NCBI GenBank assembly: GCA_037447605.1
Contig: CM074811.1
Span: forward strand, 806,001-870,000
DNA length: 64,000 nucleotides
DNA from: Zygnema circumcarinatum SAG 698-1b
Taxonomy: Eukaryota; Plantae; Zygnematophyceae
Direction: 5' to 3'
Under the pieces are notes generated by a model, which had not been told where the DNA came from, searched no databases, and saw nothing but the letters and a program-made list of their open reading frames with translations. Shown here piece by piece: positions 36,479-46,817 of the stretch (position 1 is its first letter; the number at the start of each line of letters is the position of its first letter). The position numbers were made by a program, and so were the translations under genes.

Positions 36479-37510
36479 GCCCCTCCTCCCGTTACCGATG
36501 CTGGTACTCTTCACCTTGTCCCTTGACACCTCCTATGGCTTCTGCGTAGTGTTGTCTTACTTCTCATCATTTTGGAATGTTTGGATTCGACTTTGCACAA
36601 TCGTTGGACTTGAAGATGCGTTGCAGTTAATACCTGTTTTGTTATCATTAGGCTATCTGATGGGAAGTCAGCTTTTGCTTTACGAGAGATCCAATATAAT
36701 CCTCTTAACAAGACACTAAGAGTTATCTTATTGCATCAAATTCCTGGAGAGTTCATTTGTTGCATTCAAATAATGGATGCTTTACTTAAAATCTCCGCCA
36801 TTCGTTTCCCCCCTTTCCTTCAAGATTCACCTTTCTTCATCGGCCTGCTCCTGACGGTCTCCTCTGCATGCAGGCGTGCCTTGAAGCGGCGGATCGGGGC
36901 CTGCGCGACGACACAACACCGACCGACCGCGGCCGCAGCGAGTGCACGTACGACATGCGACTTTTGTCGTATGCGAGAGCGGCCCATGGGGCGTGTGACG
37001 CCTCTCCTCCCTCCGCACCTTCAGAGGAGGAGGCGATCAAACTTAGAGTATGACTCTACAGTAGTGCGCGTACCTGCACATGCATGCCATGGGGAGGGAG
37101 TGGACGCACCATGGCAGTGGCATGCACAGGGGATCCATAAAGACACGCTTTGGGGATGGATGGATGGATGGGTGCATGGATGGATGGATAGATGGATGGA
37201 TGGATGGGTGCACTGATGGATGGATGGATGGATGGATGGTGGATGTTTCTCGTTGGCATTGCGGCGTCATGCAGACAGTTGATCGCGGCCTTTGGGCAGC
37301 AGAGCATGATCGCGTTTTAAATGTCGAGATATGTGATAAGTTGACAATTGTGCCAAGGAATGTCATAATTTGCCTTTGGTCAGAATTTGGAACATTTTCA
37401 CATTTATTTTGGTCTCTGGCACTGCAAGTCGATCTGCTCGAAGGAGAATGGGACGGGCGGGATGAGGGCCAGGTTGCTTCCATCTCCCGGTTCCCCTCCC
37501 TTGATTCCTT
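36130..37510 (+). repeat. Segmental duplication copy A (last intron end, Pro-rich last exon and 3' region); copy B at 45084-46430
   Basis: Colinear similarity of roughly 85-90% by eye, from gaacgtt...taaggacg through the exon to ...cttgattccttc. Confidence 0.9.
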
Positions 37511-39487
37511 CTTGACTCTTCTGCTCCCATTAGGCCAACATTTCTATTTCAACCCTAACCCGAACAAATTCAGGGTTTCAAATTCAGCCTCCATGCCCTC
37601 CTCCTTCTCCATGCCTTTCTATCCCCGCCCCCCCACCGGCTCCCGTGTTTTCATGCGCCCCATCCTCCCGTTCCCCGTCAGCAGTCCCACAGAAGGCGCT
37701 ACGCGTGCCCGCTTGGAGAAGGCCGAGGCGGAACAGTTACTCCGTGCTGCGGAACAGCGTTGCCGTTCCGCCGTCGCCGAGATGCATAGAAGCAGTGAGG
37801 AGCCCTCGTTCCATGGCGCGCTGGTCCGTGCCCACCACCCCCCTCTGCCCCCGCGGCGACTCCTGCGCGGCCACCGCTCTGGGCAGCCAATAGGGGGAGT
37901 CAGACCCCTCCGCTCCCCCCCCTCCCCTGCCCTCCCCTCCCCTCCCCTCCCCTCCCCTCCCCTCCTCTTTTTCTGGACATTCCACCCCCCTCGTTTTCTC
38001 CTTTTCACTTTTGACTTCCAACAATGTGCGACAAAAGAAAAGGGGATTTGCATTGGTCTCAAGATGGTGAGGCCATCAAATAAACATGGGCAAGGTCAAC
38101 ATGGGAACCACAAGAAATTGCAAACCGAGAAGAGGAGAGACGAGGAGGGGAGGGCAAGGGAGGGCAGGGGAGGGGAAGGGAGGGNNNNNNNNNNGCGGAT
38201 CGGGGCCTGCGCGACGACACAACACCGACCGACCGCGGCCGCAGCGAGTGCACGTACGACATGCGACTTTTGTCGTATGCGAGAGCGGCCCATGGGGCGT
38301 GTGACGCCTCTCCTCCCTCCGCACCTTCAGAGGAGGAGGCGATCAAACTTAGAGTATGACTCTACAGTAGTGCGCGTACCTGCACATGCATGCCATGGGG
38401 AGGGAGTGGACGCACCATGGCAGTGGCATGCACAGGGGATCCATAAAGACACGCTTTGGGGATGGATGGATGGATGGGTGCATGGATGGATGGATAGATG
38501 GATGGATGGATGGGTGCACTGATGGATGGATGGATGGATGGATGGTGGATGTTTCTCGTTGGCATTGCGGCGTCATGCAGACAGTTGATCGCGGCCTTTG
38601 GGCAGCAGAGCATGATCGCGTTTTAAATGTCGAGATATGTGATAAGTTGACAATTGTGCCAAGGAATGTCATAATTTGCCTTTGGTCAGAATTTGGAACA
38701 TTTTCACATTTATTTTGGTCTCTGGCACTGCAAGTCGATCTGCTCGAAGGAGAATGGGACGGGCGGGATGAGGGCCAGGTTGCTTCCATCTCCCGGTTCC
38801 CCTCCCTTGATTCCTTCTTGACTCTTCTGCTCCCATTAGGCCAACATTTCTATTTCAACCCTAACCCGAACAAATTCAGGGTTTCAAATTCAGCCTCCAT
38901 GCCCTCCTCCTTCTCCATGCCTTTCTATCCCCGCCCCCCCACCGGCTCCCGTGTTTTCATGCGCCCCATCCTCCCGTTCCCCGTCAGCAGTCCCACAGAA
39001 GGCGCTACGCGTGCCCGCTTGGAGAAGGCCGAGGCGGAACAGTTACTCCGTGCTGCGGAACAGCGTTGCCGTTCCGCCGTCGCCGAGATGCATAGAAGCA
39101 GTGAGGAGCCCTCGTTCCATGGCGCGCTGGTCCGTGCCCACCACCCCCCTCTGCCCCCGCGGCGACTCCTGCGCGGCCACCGCTCTGGGCAGCCAATAGG
39201 GGGAGTCAGACCCCTCCGCTCCCCCCCCTCCCCTGCCCTCCCCTCCCCTCCCCTCCCCTCCCCTCCCCTCCTCTTTTTCTGGACATTCCACCCCCCTCGT
39301 TTTCTCCTTTTCACTTTTGACTTCCAACAATGTGCGACAAAAGAAAAGGGGATTTGCATTGGTCTCAAGATGGTGAGGCCATCAAATAAACATGGGCAAG
39401 GTCAACATGGGAACCACAAGAAATTGCAAACCGAGAAGAGGAGAGACGAGGAGGGGAGGGCAAGGGAGGGCAGGGCAGGGGAGGGGA
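36889..39487 (+). repeat. Apparently identical 1306-bp tandem duplication (36889-38184 / 38195-39487) bounded by N gaps; probable assembly artefact
   Basis: The ORF track gives identical translations at an offset of 1306. Both copies end at 10-N gaps in GA-rich tracts. Includes a (GGAT)n microsatellite. Confidence 0.8.
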
Positions 39488-39659
39488 NNNNNNNNNNGGG
39501 GAGGGGAGGAGAGGGCAGGGGAGGGGGGGGGAGCGGAGGGGACGGGAGGGGCGGGAAAGTTTTTTTCCCGAAATATTCAAAACTGGGGGGTTAACCAAAA
39601 CGGGCAGGAAAAATTTTCAAAAGGGGGGTGCGAAAGACAAAACGCGGGGGTGCAGTAGA

Positions 39660-40240
39660 GTTACCCTTGGAGCTCGTGTATCTAAAGAACGATACGATAC
39701 GACACGACACGACACGACACGATACGATACGATACGTTATGATACGTACGGATATACATAAACTCTAACATAATACCGCTCGCTTATTGGTAACTCGGAC
39801 CTTATTTGCAAATCCCAAGATTTTCACCCAATATTTGCCGAAACCATGGCGAAAATATGAAGGGGGGGGGAGGTACTGTAAATATTGCGCCGCCTGCCGT
39901 CCATCCAGTTTGGCGGTGACAGCACGACGGCGTGCACTAAACGACGAAACATATCGCAAATGGAAGGGATGTTGACTAGGGTTGGGGGCACGGTCCCCCT
40001 CCAACCCGTGCCCAGGGGCCCCTTTTTCGTGCCCCGTGACGTGACTGCATTGAGCAATTCAAATCGGCCCCAAAAAGAATATAATATTTTAAAAACGGTA
40101 CGGATGAAGGTACGGAAAGTACAGATGAATGTACTAAACGTACGGATCAAGGTACAAATGTACGGAAAATATGAAAAGTACGGACAGTACTCAACACAAC
40201 TCTCAAAACTGAGGATCCAGCACAGCACAGTTTTTTAGCT
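39660..40240. repeat. Probable 3' subterminal region of the hAT element
   Basis: (CGATA/CGACA)n run at 39690-39745 and clustered GTACGG-like motifs at 40088-40185, downstream of the transposase stop. No unambiguous TIR or TSD found. Confidence 0.5.
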
Positions 40241-40335
40241 TTTAGTTCTCACCTCTCAACTCTCCTTATGCCTCTTCTCACTTGTATTACCCCTCTTATC
40301 TCTTGTCTGCCTCCCACTCCTCACCCTAAGAGAGA

Positions 40336-40402
<67 letters not shown>

Positions 40403-40647
40403 AATTGAAAATGGAAATCGGAAATGTGGAATGTGGAAATCGGTCTTCTATTTTCAACACCCTCCCAAGAGTCTCCCATTACTAACAAAAGCACCACCAA
40501 TACTATGATATGTGGCACCTCTTCGTTGTTATTGCTGCTGCTACTAATGTTATTGTTATTGCTGTAAACCCAAAATCTTTAAGGTCTTTGAAATACTGAA
40601 AGCAAAACAACATAAAAAACCAAGAGAAATCGGTCTTCACAAGTAAT

Positions 40648-42587
40648 CTAATGCTCTAAAAATGCTTCCATATCCCACTGCTCTCGACTAGGACTAATAG
40701 CTACCGCCGATGCTGGAACACTTTCATCTGCATAGTAAGCATCAAAATCAAAATAAACAGATAAATCAATGAATGGTTGGAGATGTTGCTCTTGTAGAGT
40801 GCTAACGTCCTCCTCCATAATGGTTTCATCCAGATCATCGGTAAACGATTCTGCAGGTAACTCCCCTTCAGCCGTCAAATCCCCCACTTGTACCTCCTCT
40901 AAAGTGATGTATCTAGTCAGGCGGCTCTTCCTTTCTTGAGGTGGATTAAGCTCACTCTTCCAAACTGCAAGCATCTCAAGATTATCCACCGTCATTCTGT
41001 TCCTCAAGTTGGTCTTGGTTAGGCCCAAAGTAGAAAAAAGTCGTTCCACATCAACTGAATGGGGAACCAGGGAAAAAATGATCTTGGCTAACTTGTGGAG
41101 TTCAAGAGCCCCGAATATCTTGTCCCAATATTCTCGGACTTCAAAGTGTAAGTTTTCTTCAAACTTCTTGTCTCCATTCACATACCCTGAAAACTCCGTT
41201 CGAAGACGTGCCATCTCTACTCCAGTGAAAATCAACCACCTGTAGCACCACACTACGACAATATTCCAGATGACTTTGGGAGTGAACTCTTTTGATGTAG
41301 CAAATTTCTTGTATTTGGGGTTGAGGAATAAAGCTAGCACAAAAATGGAATCTTTTTCCAAGTATGGACCAGCTCTAACCGAGATTCGTTCAAGCAGATG
41401 TTGACGGACTGAAATTAGGGACCCTGGCAAGTCCAAGTCAATCAATAACTTGTAGAGTCCAAGAAATTCTGCCAACACCGAGTCCCTTTGATGCGTCATA
41501 TCTCTCTAGGCGAACTTGGTGCATCACCTGGCGGTGCGTAAAACTTGGAACAACTACTCGTTCCTTCTGAAGTGCACTGTATCTCCAATAATGTTCTTGA
41601 TTCGCATATCCACACTAGGATTGTTGTCTTTGCCTGCCACCTCCAAGCAATATTTGAATCCTTCCGAGAACTCTTGGACACTCTCACATACGAGTACCAT
41701 AGAATACCAACGTGTCTCACAAAAGGTTGAAAGCCACCTCTTGATGTTTGCCAATTTCATCCATTTCTTCAGAGTTGAACTCCAAAAGTGAGACATGCTG
41801 AAGAAATTAACTATCGTCTGGTTGGCCTTGAACACTTCCTTGACTGAAGACAAACTTGCTATATCCCTAGTCAAGCTATTAAAAGTGTGAAGAATGCAAT
41901 TGATAGAGACTACACCAGGATTCTCTTCCAAAAATCTCCCCCTAAGATATGTCATAACAGTAGGATTATCTGTGACAATAGCACGAACTGACTTTGAAAC
42001 TGATAGTCCGACTTTAGCCATGACTTTTGATAAAAGGGTCAAAAGATTGTCCGCTGTTGGCCTATTTGTCAGGTGCTCGATACTTAGGATAAGACCCCTA
42101 CCTTCCCCTGTTAAAGCCATAAATCCAAAAATTTGATTGCCAGAGACATCGGTCCAACCATCCAATGCTAAAGTAACATTTGTAATCTGGGATATCGTCT
42201 CTATTGTCTTTGACCAAGTATCACCATAGGCCCTAGGAAGAATGGTGTTTGTCAGTGTGCTCCGAGAAGGTAATGTGTATGCAGGGTTTAACTGTTCAAG
42301 AAAATCTTTGAAATGCGAGTTTTCTACCACTCGAAAGGGTAAACCAGAGCTGATGCAGCTATTGAGAAGTCGCATATGGAGACCATCCAATGTGTCTTTA
42401 CTCATCGGTTGTGGGTAGTAGTCAGTCAAATGATGTGATCCACCTGAATTTACATCCGGGACTTCAGAGCGGCTGCGTTTTGGTAGGATTTTGAGTTGAC
42501 TTTGATTCCCAAGTAGACGTGAACGGGCTAACCTAAGTGCCCTAACGTCCTTCATTTGGCCATTTGGATTGGCTTTTCTCATCAATC
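40648..42587 (-). pseudogene. hAT-superfamily transposase (DUF659-type catalytic region plus C-terminal dimerisation domain), disrupted and 5'-truncated at a gap
   Basis: LPFRVVEN..F...LNPAYTLPSRSTL, VTLALDGWTD, AIVTDN, INCILHTFN, CETRWYS, LFLNPKY, SLVPHSVDVERLFSTLG...LRNRMTVDNLEML. Three in-frame stops or compensating frameshifts at 41500-41556. Confidence 0.88.
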
Positions 42588-42597
42588 NNNNNNNNNN

Positions 42598-44753
42598 CGC
42601 GCTCCACCGCACTCCACCACGCCGCGCTCCTCCATGATGCTGGCGGCGCTCCACGACTCTTGGAGCTCGCCCCATCCAGCGCCGGAAAACTCACTCGGGG
42701 CCCGCCATGGCCAGGGGAGGAGTGTCCGTACAGCTTACCCCTTCCCTCAATGCGTCGGCTTTCTAGAATTCCGTATCCACGCGCGCGCCTCTCCAGCGCC
42801 ACGTCCGAATGTCCACGTGTCGCATGCCTCTCGGGAAGACTGTACGGTCTTCCGCCAAAGCAATAAGCAACATGTGACAGCGCAGCCTATCGCTGTGTGC
42901 CACGTGTCCAACCTAGACCCCTCCAGTTCAGAGTATCAGAACAGGACCTAGCGCCCTGTTCCCATTACAACTAGATCACCTAAGGACGACCGACACTACT
43001 GAGGATCGTACGGTGTACTTTCTAGGCTTATATCCCTATCGTACACTACATTCCCCCTCTCGATCCTAGTCGTGGAAAAGTCCTACGCCAAGGAGAATAC
43101 TATTCCTCCAAACGGTCTCCCCATTCGTACCTTTTGTCATCATGTCCGCTGCCTGATCTTTCGTCCCCACAAATCCGACGGCCACAAGTCCATCTCGAAC
43201 CTGTTGTCGTACATAATGATACTGTAGTCGAATGTGCTTAGATCTTTTGTGGAAAACTGGATTCTGGACCAACGCAATTGATGATTGGTTGTTAGTAAGA
43301 ATCTTTACCGGGATTTGGGGTCGCTGGCACTCAGCGAAGAAGTTATGGAGCCTCCTTGCACGCGTGACAGGCAACGATGTACTCGGCCTCTGTACTAGAC
43401 AGCGCCACCGTCGCCTGCAAACTGGAACTCCAAGTAACCGCTCCTCCTGCATTGATGAAAGCATATCCCAATGTCGATTTTGATGTATCGATGTCGCCAC
43501 CCCAATCCGAATCGGTATAGCCGTACACTCGCGTCTCAACGCCACTGGTAAAATTAATGCCGAACTTCGTTGTTCCCTTCACATAACGGAAAATCCGTTT
43601 CACGGCTTCCCAATGGGCCGTACCTGGATTCTGCATGTACTTGGAAACTGTACTGACTGCTTTAGCCAGGTCTGGTCGAGTTCCAACCTGAAGGTACATC
43701 AAGCTCCCAATAGCTGACTTGTACGGAACTCGGTCCATCTGCTTCTTCTCTGCCTCCGTCTGAGGTGACATGTTATGGGAAAGATGTACGGATGGGTCCA
43801 TGGGACTGGTAACCGGGTGACAGTCCTGCATGCTGAATTTGAGAAGCACGTCCTTTGCATACTTTTCGTGACAAAGAAACAAGTTGCCTTCATGCCCCTT
43901 CTTCAACTGAATACCCAGTAAGTACTCTGCCTCTCCCAAGTCACTCATCTGAAAGTTAGTTTTCAACAGCTCCTTGAGGTTCTAAATGCTCCTCAAAGAA
44001 GGACTAACGATGATAAGGTCGTCGACATAAATCCCTATATACATTACTTCTGCTCCTTCACCTTTTTTGTAAACTGAGGCGTCGGTTTCAAACCGAGTGA
44101 AGCCATTCTCTGTAAAAAGGGTGTCGATCTTGTCATACCAGATTCGGGGAGCCTGTTTCAGCCCATACAGACTTTTCACAAGCCTGCATACTAAGTGCTC
44201 TTGGCCCTCCTTCACAGTTCCTTCCGCCTGGTCCATGAAAATTTCCTCGTCCAAGCTACCATATAAGAATGCAGTCTTGATATCCAATTGGTGCACATGC
44301 ATGCTTTCAGCCGCTGCAATGGATATGAGGGATCTGAGGGAGCTGAATTTCACTACCGGGGCAAACGTTTTAGTGTAGTTGTAACGAACCTGCCTACAGC
44401 AGGGTTCGAACTCAGGACCTCCCGGTATTCACCTAAGTGCTTTACCATTAAAAAGCAACCGCGGATGTAAGTACTCGGCCATACAACCCATGTATAGCGT
44501 TTCGCTACAGTAGTCTAGCTCATACTGCTGGCTAAATCCCTTTGCTACCAATCTCGCCTTATATCTATCAATGCTCCCATCTGATTTCCTCTTTACTTTA
44601 AATATCCATTTGCATCCCATCGCCTTCCTCCCCTTTGGCAGCTCCTCCAGCCACCAAGTCTGGTTTTCCTCAAGACTACCTAGCTCACTTTTAATGGCTA
44701 CTTCCCATTTCTCAGCATCTACCCCCTCTAAAGCTTCTGAGAGGGTTTGAGAT
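42598..44753 (-). mobile_element. 3' half of a degenerate Ty1/Copia retrotransposon (RT, RNase H, PPT, 3' LTR)
   Basis: GCKWIFKVKRKSDGSIDRYKARLVAKGFSQ, TFAPVVK, HQLDIKTAFLYG, KSLYGLKQAPR, IYVDDL, YTDSDWGGD, STEAEY, NPVFHKRSKHI, QAADMMTKG. In-frame stop at ~43982 and a frameshift at ~43400. PPT GAGAGGGGGAA precedes the LTR, which starts TGTAGTGTA at 43050 and runs into the gap at 42597. Confidence 0.92.
44380..44509 (-). mobile_element. 130-bp solo-LTR/TRIM-like insertion containing a tRNA-like sequence (Helenus-like)
   Basis: Interrupts the Copia RT at ...LDY|NYTKTFAP. Termini TGTAACGAA...TTCGCTACA, perfect 5-bp TSD GTAGT (44375-44379, 44510-44514). The minus strand carries A-box-like TAATGGTAAAGC and B-box GAGTTCGAACCC. 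Confidence 0.85.
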
Positions 44754-45045
44754 TGTCACGGCTGAAATCTAACTCCTTCAGCCTGTGCGGAAACAGCACC
44801 CAGCCTGCACGCAGCGCCTGAATCAAGAAAGGAGGGAGAGAAGAGAGGGAAGCCCTCGGCAGAGGTGCAACTGAATGCTGGTACGTTGGTTGGTTGGCGC
44901 CAGCCAACCTCGCCCCTATATGCTTCCCCCGTTGAACCTCCTACCAGCATGGAGGATTGGAAGCAGGCCTGTCCAGTGGCAGACTGCCACGTGTCCATCC
45001 CTGACCTGAATGGGTCAGAGGAGTGCAACGTACGAACGCTCGCCG
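44754..45045. mobile_element. Possible LTR fragment truncating the Copia element
   Basis: Copia coding similarity stops abruptly at TGTCACGG, a typical LTR terminus. No second terminus or TSD found. Confidence 0.35.
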
Positions 45046-45189
45046 CGTTCCGCGGGCGCGCGCCGCGACGCGGCGCGCGGCGCGGAACGTTTATAAGGAC
45101 GTTTTTTTATTAGAATTTGAAAGCTATGAAAGAAGTGAGTTCGCCTTAATTATGAACAGGAACTCACACAGTGCCCTGCATTCCTACAG

Positions 45190-45449
45190 CTTCACGATCC
45201 CCTCCTCCGCGTCCTCGGCCCCCTTTGAAAAGACCCCCTCCATGTAAGCCTCCTCCCAGCCGTCGACCCCCTCCTCTACGTCCCCCTCCACATAAACCAC
45301 CTCCTAGCAGTCGACCCCCTCCTCGAAGCCCCCCTCCACGTAAACCTCTTCCTAGCAGTCGACCTCCTCCTCAGCGTCCCCCTCCACGTAAGCCGCCTCC
45401 CAGCCGTCGACCCCCTCCTCGACGTCCCCCTCCGAGCCGTTCTCCTTGA
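45190..45449 (+). pseudogene. Orphan intact copy of the LRR gene's Pro-rich terminal exon (possible alternative last exon)
   Basis: Acceptor ttcctacag in the same phase 1, with an open frame ASRSPPPRPRPPLKRPPPC...RRPPPSRSP*. No upstream LRR exons are present between 39.5 and 45.1 kb. Confidence 0.75.
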
Positions 45450-46621
45450 GCCCCTCCTCCCGTTACCGATGCTGGTACTCTTCACCTTGTCCCTTGACAC
45501 CTCCTATGGCTTCTGCGTAGTGTTGTCTTACTTCTCATCATTTTGGAATGTTTGGATTCGACTCTGCACAATTGTTGGACTTGAAGATGCGTTGCAGTCA
45601 ATACTTGATTTGTTATCATTAGGCTATCAGATGGGAAGCCAGCTTTTGCTTTACGAGAGATCCGTTATAATCCTCTTCACAAGACACTAAGAGTTATCTT
45701 ATTGCATCAAATTCCTAGAGAGGTCATTTGTTGCATTCAAATTACGGATGCTTTTCATGCTGTACTTCAAATCTCCGCCATTCGTTTCCCCCCTTTCCTT
45801 CAAGATTCACCTTTCTTCATCGGCCTGCTCCTGACGGTCTCCTCTGCATGCAGGCGTGCCTTGAAGCGGCGGATCGGGGCCTGCGCGACGACACAACACC
45901 GACCAACCGCGGCCGCAGCGAGTGCACGTAAGACATGCGACTTTTGTCGTATGCGAGAGCGGCCCATGGGGCGCGTGACGCCTCTCCTCCCTCCTTCGCA
46001 CCTTCAGAGGAGGAGACGGCGGTCAAACTTAGTATGGCTCTACAATAGTGCGCGTATCTGCACATGCATGGCATGATGAGGGAGTGGACGCACCATGGTA
46101 ATGCCAATGCACAGGGGATGCATAAGGACACGCTTGGGGGATGGATGGATGGTTCGTTGTCGGCTTTAGTTTCTAGTTAGCATTGCGGCGTCATGCAGAC
46201 AGTCGATCGCGGCCTTTGGTTGGGCGGCAGATCATGATCGCGTTTCAAACATTGAGATATGTGATAAGTTGGAAATTGTGCTGAGGAATGTTATGAGCTG
46301 CATTTGGTCAGAAGTTGGAACATTTTCATCTTCGTTTTGGTGTCTGGCACTGTCTCAAAGGAGAATGGGACGGGTGGGATTAGGGCAAGGGCGCATCCGT
46401 CTCCCGGTCCGCCTTCCTTGATTCCTTCCTTCCTAAGTACATCCTTTGTGTCATTCGTAAATGTTACAAACTATGGTACAACATGCAAAAACTTTCAGGA
46501 AGTCCAGTTGACTTCCTTTACTTTCTTACTGCGACTCTAGCCTGGGAAAGAGAGAGGAGAGAGGGAGAGGGAGGGGGGGAGGGAGGAAGGGAGGGGGGAG
46601 AGAGAGAGAGAGGGAGAGAGA

Positions 46622-46681
<60 letters not shown>

Positions 46682-46817
46682 AGAGTCTACCACTAACCAC
46701 TAACCACATCAGGCGTCATTTCTCGATCGAAGCTACATGTGAACAAATCATTGGTTGCCAAAGAATAGGAAAGCAAAAACGAATTCAAAGTTCTAATCCT
46801 GAACCTTCTCACTTCCT

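Noticed and set aside
36889-39487. 1306-bp tandem duplication as a biological event
   Set aside because: The copies look identical and both terminate at 10-N gaps in GA-rich repeats, typical of a scaffolding overlap artefact. Read depth would settle it.
37080-39594. 480-aa and 402-aa ORFs in the duplicated region
   Set aside because: They run through (GGAT)n, CCCT tracts and N gaps, with no recognisable domain or splice structure.
20480-39850. One giant TIR element (Pack-type) carrying the Gypsy and the LRR gene between the inverted repeats
   Set aside because: The orientation is wrong: the repeat bodies extend away from the interval, and the right copy belongs to the hAT element extending rightwards.
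44393-44462. Functional tRNA gene
   Set aside because: The acceptor and anticodon stems do not pair properly, and the sequence is internal to a TSD-flanked insertion.
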